Origin: Bacteroidales bacterium UBA1184
Lineage (GTDB): Bacteria; Bacteroidota; Bacteroidia; Bacteroidales; ML635J-15
NCBI GenBank assembly: GCA_002310235.1
Contig: DBYO01000036.1
Coordinates: 54,226-118,225, forward strand
Direction of reading: 5' to 3'
Length of the DNA: 64,000 bases
Within the stretch, counting starts at the first letter, position 1, and each line of letters opens with the position of its first letter. Made by a program: the position numbers and the translations under genes. This document shows, piece after piece, positions 27,604 to 36,109 of the stretch. The notes under the pieces are model-generated. The model had not been told where the DNA came from. It did not search any database and worked only from the letters and a program-made list of their open reading frames with translations.

Positions 27604-30600
27604 TTATTTCGTTACTTCTCCTTTCTTCTTGCCAACGCCAAAGATGTAAGCCATTGGGGAGGCGATGAAGATTGACGAATATGTACCTACGATAACACCG
27701 ATGAGCAATGCGAAGCAGAAGCCTCTGATTGATTCACCGCCGAAGATGAATATTGCGAGCAATACCACCAAGGTTGTCATTGAGGTGTTGATTGTACGAC
27801 CAACCGTGCTGTTAACTGCCGAGTTGATAACCGACTTTCTGTCGCGGTTTGGATAGAGTCCTGTGTATTCCCTGATACGGTCGAAGATAACCACGGTATC
27901 GTTGATAGAGTAACCTACGATTGTCAAGATTGCTGCGATGAATGCCTGGTCGATTTCCATGTTGAACGGCATTACAGCGTAGAGCAACGAGAAAAGGCCG
28001 AGGGTTATCAAAACGTCGTGTACCAAAGCGATGGTTGCACCGAGAGAGTACTGCCACTTACGGAACCTGAGGAGGATGTAGAGGAACATTACCACAAGTC
28101 CGAGGAGAATAGCAACAGATGACTTTGTCTTGATGTCGTCGGCAACTGTAGGACCTACAACCTGCGATGTTTGACGGTATTGTTCGAAGAATGTCTGTTC
28201 GTCAACGCCTTCGGGCAAGAACTTGCCGTTCTTCAAGCCAGTGTAGAGGAGGTTGTCGGCTTCTTCGCCAGCAGCCTTGTCCTTTATCTGGTCAATCTTG
28301 TACTGGGTTGTAATCTTAACCTGGTTTGCATCACCGAAAGTCTTAACGATAGGACGGTCGCCATATACACCTTCAAGAGCATTGGCAACTTCTTCGGGAA
28401 CAACATTGTTTTCGAACTTAACAACATAGTTACGACCACCTGTGAAGTCGATACCCTGCTTCAATCCTAAAGTGCACAATGAGATGATACCAACTACTAT
28501 CAAAGTTCCAGAAATGATGAATGCAATCTTGCTACCCTTGAGGAAGTCGAAGTGCAAGTTGGTGAAAGCATTGTTTGTGAGCTTGTTGCCAACAGTAAAC
28601 TTTCTGTCCTTATCAAGCATCTTGGTGATGATGATACGGGTGATGAAGATAGCTGTGAACAATGATGTGAGGATACCTATAATAAGAGTAGTTGCGAAAC
28701 CTCTAACAGGACCAACACCAAAGTAAGCAAGAACTATACCTATAAGAATAGTAGTGATGTTGGAGTCGAGGATTGCCGAATATGCGTTCTTGTAACCATC
28801 AGCTACAGCAGACTTGATCATCTTGCCCGATCTCATTTCTTCGCGGATACGCTCGTAAATAAGAACGTTAGCATCGACCGACATACCTATTGTAAGTACC
28901 ATACCTGCGATACCCGGGAGAGTGAGAACAGCACCAAGCGATGCCATTACACCGAAAATGAGGAAGAGGTTGCAGATAAGAGCAACGTCGGCAACGAGAC
29001 CAGCCTTGTTGTAGTAGAAAATCATGTAGATAAGTACGAGGATGAAAGCGATGATGAACGAGTACATACCCGAATCGATAGCCTTCTGACCAAGTGAAGG
29101 ACCAACAACTTCCTTCGAAAGGATTACTGCCGGAGCTGTCATCTTACCAGCCTTGAGAACGTTTGCCAAGTCGGTAGCCTCTTCGAGAGTGAAGTTGCCG
29201 GTAATCTGTGAACGTCCACCCTTGATTTCTTCGTTTACTCTTGGGTAAGAATATACAGCGTTATCGAGAACGATAGCTACGCATCTTCCAACATTTTCCT
29301 TTGTGATTCTTGCCCACTGAGTAGAACCTGTGTTGTTCATCGACATCGAAACTTCAGCGGTTGCGCTGGTCTGACCGAATTCCTGACGAGCATCGGTAAC
29401 AACTTCACCGTTGAGAGCAGCCTTGCCGTCTTTCGAAGCCTTAAGAGCAATGAGTTCGTAGTATCCGGGAGCCTCTTTGAGTTCCTTGAACCCCCATGCA
29501 AATGAGAGGTCTTTCTTGAATATGCTCTTTACTTCCTTGCGGTTGAGGTCGGCCATGACTGATTCCATGTCGGCTTTCTTTGCGAAACCAACAACAGGAC
29601 CGCCAGCGGTATGTCCACCTGCCTGAGCTATAAGACGGTTGAATATTGAATATTCGCTGTCGGTGGTAGCTTCTGCAGTGTTTTCCTCGGTTGCAGTAGA
29701 ATCGGCAACAGCAGTTGTGTCGGCTTCGGCAACAACAGCGGTAGTGTCGGTTTCTGCAACAGGTTCGTTGGTGCTGGTTCTTGATGCTTCTGCCTTCTTC
29801 AATGCTACGATTGTTTGGTCTGCAGTGATGAGTGCACTACGGATTTCTTCGTAGTTGTAAGTTTCCCAGAATTCGAGAACAGCAGCCTGCTTCAAAAGTT
29901 TTTCAACACGTTCCGGATCCTTAATACCTGGAAGTTCGATGTGGAAAACACCCTTTACAGCAACGTCCTTCTGGATGTTGGGTTGAACAACGCCAAACTG
30001 GTCAATACGTTTGTTGATAACGTCGTAAGCATTACCGATTGCAGCATCGTATTCCTTTGTCAAGTAATCGATTACTTCGTCGTCGGTTGATGTTATCTGT
30101 ATCTTGTCCTGGTTTTGCGAAGTTGCGAAATGGAATGCCATAGCTGGCTTGTCTGCCATCTGCAGTTCCTTGTAAGCCTTGCCGAAAGTTTCGATGAAAC
30201 TGGTACCGGTCTGGTCAGAAGTCTGCTTTCTGGCGTTTTCGATTGCTGCCTGAAGTGCTGGTTCGTTGTTGTCTCTTGCAAGTGACAAAAGCACATCTTC
30301 TGCAGAAATTTCCATCGAAATATTCATACCGCCCTTAAGGTCCAAACCTAAGTTCAATTCTCTTTCCTTGCAATCCTTGTAGGTGTATTTTCTAATAAGT
30401 CTGTACACCACTTGGTTGTCAACTGAATCCAAGTATGCCTTCTTTTGCTTGTCGATCAAGCTGTTGCGCTCGGCATCTGTAAGATTGCCATAATTTCCGT
30501 TATCAACGTATGCTTGCGCGTATTCTTCTGCATCGCCTTCTACCTTGTTCACTACGAAAGTGAAGGAGAGGTAGTACAAGCTGATGATTGCAAGCAGTAC

Positions 30601-30633
30601 CGATAATAAAATAATCGCTCCTCTGTTACGCAT
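27604..30633 (-). CDS. secDF: Fused protein translocase subunit SecDF
   Basis: LGLDLKGG, RIDQFGV.QP, IELPG, LTLPGIAG, DANVLIYERIREE, GIDFTGG, GYSINDTVVIFDRIRE; -7 element TATATTTG at 30679-30686 (minus). Confidence 0.97.
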   Translation of the reverse strand: MRNRGAIILLSVLLAIISLYYLSFTFVVNKVEGDAEEYAQAYVDNGNYGNLTDAERNSLIDKQKKAYLDSVDNQVVYRLIRKYTYKDCKERELNLGLDLKGGMNISMEISAEDVLLSLARDNNEPALQAAIENARKQTSDQTGTSFIETFGKAYKELQMADKPAMAFHFATSQNQDKIQITSTDDEVIDYLTKEYDAAIGNAYDVINKRIDQFGVVQPNIQKDVAVKGVFHIELPGIKDPERVEKLLKQAAVLEFWETYNYEEIRSALITADQTIVALKKAEASRTSTNEPVAETDTTAVVAEADTTAVADSTATEENTAEATTDSEYSIFNRLIAQAGGHTAGGPVVGFAKKADMESVMADLNRKEVKSIFKKDLSFAWGFKELKEAPGYYELIALKASKDGKAALNGEVVTDARQEFGQTSATAEVSMSMNNTGSTQWARITKENVGRCVAIVLDNAVYSYPRVNEEIKGGRSQITGNFTLEEATDLANVLKAGKMTAPAVILSKEVVGPSLGQKAIDSGMYSFIIAFILVLIYMIFYYNKAGLVADVALICNLFLIFGVMASLGAVLTLPGIAGMVLTIGMSVDANVLIYERIREEMRSGKMIKSAVADGYKNAYSAILDSNITTILIGIVLAYFGVGPVRGFATTLIIGILTSLFTAIFITRIIITKMLDKDRKFTVGNKLTNNAFTNLHFDFLKGSKIAFIISGTLIVVGIISLCTLGLKQGIDFTGGRNYVVKFENNVVPEEVANALEGVYGDRPIVKTFGDANQVKITTQYKIDQIKDKAAGEEADNLLYTGLKNGKFLPEGVDEQTFFEQYRQTSQVVGPTVADDIKTKSSVAILLGLVVMFLYILLRFRKWQYSLGATIALVHDVLITLGLFSLLYAVMPFNMEIDQAFIAAILTIVGYSINDTVVIFDRIREYTGLYPNRDRKSVINSAVNSTVGRTINTSMTTLVVLLAIFIFGGESIRGFCFALLIGVIVGTYSSIFIASPMAYIFGVGKKKGEVTK

Positions 30634-30722
30634 TTTTACTAAATTTTTTACTAAGTTTACATAAAATTTTTAAGGTCGCAAATATAGTGTTTTTTTCAAA
30701 AAGAACGATGGTTAATTTTTTT

Positions 30723-31178
30723 TTATTTTTTCAATGTCAAATTCCCTGTTCCAAAGTCAATTACAGCCTTGTATTTTTTGAGGAAATCGCTGCCGAGAAT
30801 GCCTATTATCCGTTGGCCTAACATGCTTTCGTAGAGGGAGTTTATTTGATCGAGGCTGATGAACACGCCACGGGTTATGTTTACCGTGAATTTTCCAATT
30901 GCAAAATCCTTGATTTTCCCGACTTTCACATCGTCGATTGCGGCGTTGAGGCTGAAGTTTTTCCCGTTGTCCTTTATTTCGTGCAGACGAATGCCCGAAA
31001 ATATTTCGGCACTACTGTCGAAAACTGTGTTTGAGCAGCCGGTGTCAATCAGCATAAAATGCTTTTTTCCCGCAATTGTGCTTTTTACAAAAAGATGTTT
31101 TCCTCCTCCTTCGAGCGACTTAATTGTTATCCGGCTCGTGTAGCTGTTCGGGATTTGTCGGTTCTGTTGTGCTTTCAT
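30723..31178 (-). CDS. Retropepsin-like (clan AA) aspartyl protease
   Basis: LIDTGCSNTV catalytic motif and GILGSDFL. Start uncertain; overlaps the antiporter 3' end by 59 nt. Confidence 0.78.
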   Translation of the reverse strand: MKAQQNRQIPNSYTSRITIKSLEGGGKHLFVKSTIAGKKHFMLIDTGCSNTVFDSSAEIFSGIRLHEIKDNGKNFSLNAAIDDVKVGKIKDFAIGKFTVNITRGVFISLDQINSLYESMLGQRIIGILGSDFLKKYKAVIDFGTGNLTLKK

Positions 31179-32430
31179 TGGTGGTTTCTGTCTGAGTTTC
31201 TATTGGAAGTATTGTTGTTGTGTCCCCTTGTGCTTTGGCTTTCTTTTTCTTGCCGAGTATTATTATGAGCAGACTGCAAAGTATTATGCTTGTCAGTACT
31301 ACCGCATAACCTATTTCTGCGATTTCCTGTCCGTACGGAAGACCTTCCTGCAGCGGGATGGATGCCAAAATTGCGGGAACAAGTCCTTTGGGCATCATTA
31401 TCGACATCATAAGCTTGTCTTCGGGAGTGCAGTCCTTTCGCACAAGCAGGCGTACGGTCGGAATTCTTGTGAGAATTACCAGACATACAATCATTACGGA
31501 AATGAGATATATCAAAGGTGTGCCAAACTCGATTACAATTCCGATGTAAACGAAGAAATATGTCTGCAGTACGAATACTATTTCCGAAAAGAAGTTCTTT
31601 TCGTTGTCGTTGAGTTTGGCGGTTTCGATCTTGAAAATGCGTTTCCACAGCCTCATCTTGTCGAAATATTCCGAGTTGCCAAGCACTATGCCGAACGACA
31701 GTGCGGCAATTCCACCGTTGAGACCGAGTAGTTCGGCGCAACCGTATATTATGAATACCAAAGCCAAAGTGGTGAACATCGAATTTTTTATTCCACGGAT
31801 CCAGTTGAGCAGCAGGCTCCAGACAAAACCGCCGAACAATCCTAGCAGTATTGCCAGCAGGAACGACTTTGCCATGTCGCCAAGGATCACGGTAGCCTCG
31901 AGGTCGCCAGCTTTCATGCTTTCGAGTACTGCCAAGCCCACAACAAGGCAAAGTACGTCGGTAAATGCCGATTCGAGCAGCAAAACGGTGCCGGCTTTGT
32001 GTCCCATATTGAGTTGGCGAACCATAGGAATTACCACTGCCGACGAGGTGCCGCCGAGAATGGAGCCAAGGAAAAGCGCGGTTGTGAAATCAAAGTCGGC
32101 AAGCCACATGGTTATGCCAGTAACTATGCCTGCAGAAAATATAAAGTTGATGATGGTCACTAGCGTCGCTGATAGAATTGACGATTTTAGTTCCTGTAGT
32201 TTTAGTCCTACACCACTTTCAAATAGTATTATTATCAGGGTTATAGTTGTGAAAACACGGCCAACTTCTCCGAAAAAAATCTTGCTGTCGATGAAAAATC
32301 CTATTATTATACCAATAGTAATTAAAATTAATACATTTGGTATTTTTGTCTTGTCAAAAAGCTTGTTAAGTAGGTGGCTAAAGAAGATTAAACCGCCCAA
32401 AAACATGACAATTATAGTAATTTTTTCCAT
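31120..32430 (-). CDS. Cation:proton antiporter (CPA1/NhaP-like)
   Basis: About 12 hydrophobic segments; ILFESG, GSILGGTSSAVVIP, LESAFTDVLC, MPKGLVPAILA; -7 element TATTTTTG at 32491-32498 (minus). Confidence 0.88.
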   Translation of the reverse strand: MEKITIIVMFLGGLIFFSHLLNKLFDKTKIPNVLILITIGIIIGFFIDSKIFFGEVGRVFTTITLIIILFESGVGLKLQELKSSILSATLVTIINFIFSAGIVTGITMWLADFDFTTALFLGSILGGTSSAVVIPMVRQLNMGHKAGTVLLLESAFTDVLCLVVGLAVLESMKAGDLEATVILGDMAKSFLLAILLGLFGGFVWSLLLNWIRGIKNSMFTTLALVFIIYGCAELLGLNGGIAALSFGIVLGNSEYFDKMRLWKRIFKIETAKLNDNEKNFFSEIVFVLQTYFFVYIGIVIEFGTPLIYLISVMIVCLVILTRIPTVRLLVRKDCTPEDKLMMSIMMPKGLVPAILASIPLQEGLPYGQEIAEIGYAVVLTSIILCSLLIIILGKKKKAKAQGDTTTILPIETQTETTNESTTEPTNPEQLHEPDNN

Positions 32431-32575
32431 TTGTATTAAAAAAACAATTATCTTTGTAGCCGATTTTGATTTTATGATCAGCTAGATTTGCAAAAATAAA
32501 AAAAATTTCGATTGGAAATTGTTTTTCTGAAAGGGATATTAGATTTGGTTAGTAATTTGCTTTTTTCATAGGGTT

Positions 32576-32612
32576 CCGCCCGACGACTCTCAAATCGTTG
32601 GGCGGGTTTTTT
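32576..32612 (+). terminator. Orphan terminator-like hairpin in a divergent intergenic region
   Basis: ccgcccgacga-ctctcaaa-tcgttgggcgg-gtttttt, with no + strand gene upstream. Confidence 0.55.
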
Positions 32613-32629
32613 ATGGCTAGCGCATACGA

Positions 32630-32786
32630 GGATTTAATGATTTAAAAATTCAAAAATTCAATTATCTAATGATCAACTTTATTAAACAACCTTCAGCTCA
32701 GCGAAGCAAAATTTTCAAATCTTCAAATTATTGAATCCTTGAATCCTTGAATTTTTAAATCAGCAAAGCTAATCCTTGAAATTTTC
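32630..32786. repeat. Intergenic octamer-array element with GCGAAGC mini-hairpin core
   Basis: ttgaatcc-ttgaatcc-ttgaattt-ttaaatc array; cttcagctcagcgaagca at 32691-32708; similar to 49785-49878. Confidence 0.65.
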
Positions 32787-32799
32787 TTACCTTTGTGCC

Positions 32800-33597
32800 A
32801 TGAAGAATATCTTTGCATCGTTGATTGTTGTTGTGCTGTCGCTTGTGGCGGTAGCGCAGGATGCTGCCGTGTTCAGCACCGATGTTGATGCTTCATTTGT
32901 CGATATCGATAGGTTGGGCAACATCTACCTCGTGAAGGACAATGTTGTGGCGAAGTACGATGCCGACATGAATTTTCTTTGCGCTTACGACAATTATCCG
33001 GCGGGAAGCATGTCGTCGCTCGATGTTTCCAATCCGTTCAAGGTGATTGTGTTCTATTCCGAGTTCAACAAGCTGATTTATCTCGACAGCAAACTTGCCG
33101 AGTTGCTTAGTCCCTTGATGCTCGACGATGCAGGACTATATAATATAAAGGTGGTTTGTTCGTCGTCGTATGGAGGATTTTGGGTGTTCGATGGGCAGAA
33201 CTCATGCGTAAGGAGGGTAAATCCAAACTTGGAGGTGTCGCAGCAGGGAACCAACATATACGACAGGCTTGGCGATGCCGATGTGGTGGCTATGCGTGAA
33301 TCGATAAACTATATTTTTCTGCTTACCGACGACGGCAAAGTGCTTATTCTCGATAAATTCGGAAATTTCTACCGCGCAATCGAAACCGACGGCGAATGTG
33401 CCGACTTCTGCATCGACAACGACATCCTGTACTATAGTCGCAGCGGAGAAATCATGGCTTACGATGTTGCCGACGACAAGAAGGTTCCAATTCCAACAAA
33501 CGGACAAAAAGCCGACAAGTTCCGCATAAGACACGATCTGCTTTATTTACTTGTCGAAAATAAATTGGAATGCAGAAAAATTCAAGTCGAAAAATAG
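32800..33597 (+). CDS. Hypothetical secreted beta-rich (propeller-like) protein
   Basis: Signal peptide MKNIFASLIVVVLSLVAVA; TACCTTTG -7 element at 32788-32795 just before the ATG at 32800. Confidence 0.72.
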   Translation: MKNIFASLIVVVLSLVAVAQDAAVFSTDVDASFVDIDRLGNIYLVKDNVVAKYDADMNFLCAYDNYPAGSMSSLDVSNPFKVIVFYSEFNKLIYLDSKLAELLSPLMLDDAGLYNIKVVCSSSYGGFWVFDGQNSCVRRVNPNLEVSQQGTNIYDRLGDADVVAMRESINYIFLLTDDGKVLILDKFGNFYRAIETDGECADFCIDNDILYYSRSGEIMAYDVADDKKVPIPTNGQKADKFRIRHDLLYLLVENKLECRKIQVEK

Positions 33598-33648
33598 CTG
33601 CCGATTGTAAAAAAATCTATAAATTAGCACCGCAAAAAAATTAGAGGT

Positions 33649-34263
33649 ATGCATATAGCAGTAGCAGGAAACATTGGTGCCGGCAAAACAACTCTTACCA
33701 AATTGCTGGCAAAGCATTACGGATGGACTCCGAATTTCGAGGATGTTGACTATAATCCTTATCTCAACGATTTCTACGAGGACATGCAGCGTTGGTCGTT
33801 CAATCTTCAGATTTATTTCTTGAACAGCCGCTTCAACCAGATTCTCGAGATTCGCAAATCTGACAAGACAATAATACAGGACAGAACCATATACGAGGAC
33901 GCTTATATTTTTGCTCCCAACTTGCATTCGATGGGGCTTATGTCGTCGCGCGACTTCGACAACTATTTCAGTTTGTTCAAGTTGATGACTTCGGTGGTTC
34001 AGGCTCCAGATTTGCTCATCTATCTGCGTGCCAGTGTTCCTACGCTTGTTCGCCAGATACAGCAACGCGGCCGCAAGTACGAATCGTCAATCCGTATCGA
34101 CTATCTTACTCGTCTCAACGAACGTTACGAGGCTTGGGCTTCGGAGTACGACAGTGGCAAGTTCCTAATTATCGATGTCGATAACCTCGACTTCGCCAAC
34201 AAGCCCGAGGACCTCAGCACAGTAATCGACAAGATTGATGCAGAATTGCACGGATTGTTTTAA
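33649..34263 (+). CDS. Deoxynucleoside kinase (dCK/dGK family)
   Basis: P-loop GNIGAGKTT, LQIYFLNSRF, QDRTIYED, RGRKYE. Confidence 0.93.
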   Translation: MHIAVAGNIGAGKTTLTKLLAKHYGWTPNFEDVDYNPYLNDFYEDMQRWSFNLQIYFLNSRFNQILEIRKSDKTIIQDRTIYEDAYIFAPNLHSMGLMSSRDFDNYFSLFKLMTSVVQAPDLLIYLRASVPTLVRQIQQRGRKYESSIRIDYLTRLNERYEAWASEYDSGKFLIIDVDNLDFANKPEDLSTVIDKIDAELHGLF

Positions 34264-34287
34264 CCGATATACCTAAATATTATATAT

Positions 34288-34313
34288 AAGACACCTGCGG
34301 GTGTCTTTTTTTT
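34288..34313 (+). terminator. Deoxynucleoside kinase terminator
   Basis: aagacacc-tgcg-ggtgtctt plus T-run. Confidence 0.8.
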
Positions 34314-34376
34314 GTGGATTATTTGACGGTAACTATATATGTGTTAAAACATAGTATTTTCGTTCGGGCTCTCTTC

Positions 34377-34585
34377 GTCATTCCGTAAAGTAGAACGAAC
34401 AGCATAAGGAACGTTGCTTGTGAGTTCACTTATACGGAATCTCCTATTAGTACACAGAAGGAGATTACTCACTGCGTTTCGTGAAGGAGTTCCGCATAGT
34501 TGAACAATATTACGCTCTTCGTTCCGTATCGCGTTATTGTTCTAACTTGTGGACCCTTTAGCGCACGAAGCTTGCGAGTAATGAC
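34377..34585. repeat. Expanded REP-like cruciform element (GTCATT...AATGAC ends)
   Basis: gtcattccg...cggaatctcc...ggagattactc...gagtaatgac nested inverted repeats. Confidence 0.6.
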
Positions 34586-34614
34586 AAATTAGGGGCTCAA
34601 AATGAGTTAATAGT

Positions 34615-36087
34615 TTACTTATTTGATGGAGTAGACTTTTCCTCCTTCTTGCTGAATATCAGTAATCCTATAAACGTCAACAGTCCGTTTACAATAAGGA
34701 TCTCGAAGCCGAACTTGTAGCCGAAGAACAGTTCCTCGGAATAGATGTTAAGGAGGTAGCTTATTATCGGAGAAAGGATTGCTATTACAGGAACGGCCTT
34801 GTCGTTTGGTTTGCGATGCTTTAGGAAAAGTCCGAAGCAGAAAAGTCCCAGCAACGGCCCGTATGTGTAGCCGGCGATGTCGAAAAGCGTCTTAATGAGC
34901 GAATCGGTGTGGAACGGCTTGAAGACTATTATGATAAGAAAATATATTGCCGCAAAGGCAATGTGAGTCATTTTGCGGATCTTGGTCTTTTTCTGCTCGT
35001 CGTAGTTGGGCTTTTTGTCGAATTGCAGTATGTCGAAGCAGAATGTCGTGGTGAGCGAGGTTAGCGTTCCGTCGGCACTAGAGTAGCCTGCGGCAACGAG
35101 ACCTATAATAAAAATAATCCAGGTAGCTGAGCCTAAATTCTGAGCTACAGCAGCGAATATGCTGTCGGATTTTTCTGGCAGTGCAAAGCCGGTTTGCGAT
35201 GAATAGGTCATCAATGCAACGCCAAGGGCAAGGAAAAGGAAGTTTACGATGACGATGCACACGCTGAACGAAATCATATTCTTCTGAGCTTCCTTGAGCG
35301 ACTTGCAGGTGAGGTTTTTCTGCATCATGTCCTGGTCGAGGCCAGTCATTGCAATGGTGATGAAGGCTCCGCTAAGAATCTGCTTCAGGAAGAAGTTGTT
35401 CGACCGCCAGTCGGTGTCGAACATGCGCGTGTAGCCTTCGTCGGCAGCCTGTGACATCATGTCGAAGAACGAAATGTCCATTTCTTTGAGCAGGAAAACT
35501 ATGGTCACAATTGTGGACAGCAGCATGAAGGTGGTTTGCAATGTGTCGGTCCAGATTATTGTTTTGATTCCGCCCTTGAATGTGTAAACCAGTATAAGCA
35601 CGATGAAGAACAACGCCAGAGCCCAGAAGGGGACACCGATTGCCTTGAACACAAATTCGTGCAGCACGAAAACCACAAGGTACATACGCAGAGCCGAACC
35701 CATCAGCCTCGACACGATAAAGAAAAACGAACCCGTTCGTTGCGAATTGCTGCCGAAACGTTTGTCTAGGTAGGTGTATATCGATGTGAGGTTAAGCTTG
35801 TAGTACAGCGGCAGTAGTACAAATGCAATTACAATGTAGCCTATAGTATATCCGAGCACAACTCCAAAGTATGTAAACTGGCTGCTTTGGACGTATCCTG
35901 GAACCGACATGAACGTCACGCCCGAGAGCGAAGCTCCAATCATTCCGTATGCCACCACAAACCATGGCGACCTGCGGTTGCCGGTGAAGAATGTGTCGTT
36001 GTTGGCTTTTCTTGATGTGATGTGCGATATAAGAATCAGCAGGGCAAAGTAGCCTACAACTATGGAAGCGATTACGTAAGGGCTCAT
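34615..36087 (-). CDS. Sodium:solute symporter (SSS family)
   Basis: GMIGASLSGVTFMSVPG, SIYTYLDKRFG, GGIKTIIWTDTLQT, GLDQDMMQKNL, YTYGPLLGLF. Confidence 0.92.
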   Translation of the reverse strand: MSPYVIASIVVGYFALLILISHITSRKANNDTFFTGNRRSPWFVVAYGMIGASLSGVTFMSVPGYVQSSQFTYFGVVLGYTIGYIVIAFVLLPLYYKLNLTSIYTYLDKRFGSNSQRTGSFFFIVSRLMGSALRMYLVVFVLHEFVFKAIGVPFWALALFFIVLILVYTFKGGIKTIIWTDTLQTTFMLLSTIVTIVFLLKEMDISFFDMMSQAADEGYTRMFDTDWRSNNFFLKQILSGAFITIAMTGLDQDMMQKNLTCKSLKEAQKNMISFSVCIVIVNFLFLALGVALMTYSSQTGFALPEKSDSIFAAVAQNLGSATWIIFIIGLVAAGYSSADGTLTSLTTTFCFDILQFDKKPNYDEQKKTKIRKMTHIAFAAIYFLIIIVFKPFHTDSLIKTLFDIAGYTYGPLLGLFCFGLFLKHRKPNDKAVPVIAILSPIISYLLNIYSEELFFGYKFGFEILIVNGLLTFIGLLIFSKKEEKSTPSNK

Positions 36088-36109
36088 GTCTCCGATGACG
36101 CTTTTTTGC

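Noticed and set aside
31175-32485. 258-aa and 293-aa alternative-frame ORFs over the antiporter
   Set aside because: Fully overlap a well-supported membrane protein and have no motifs
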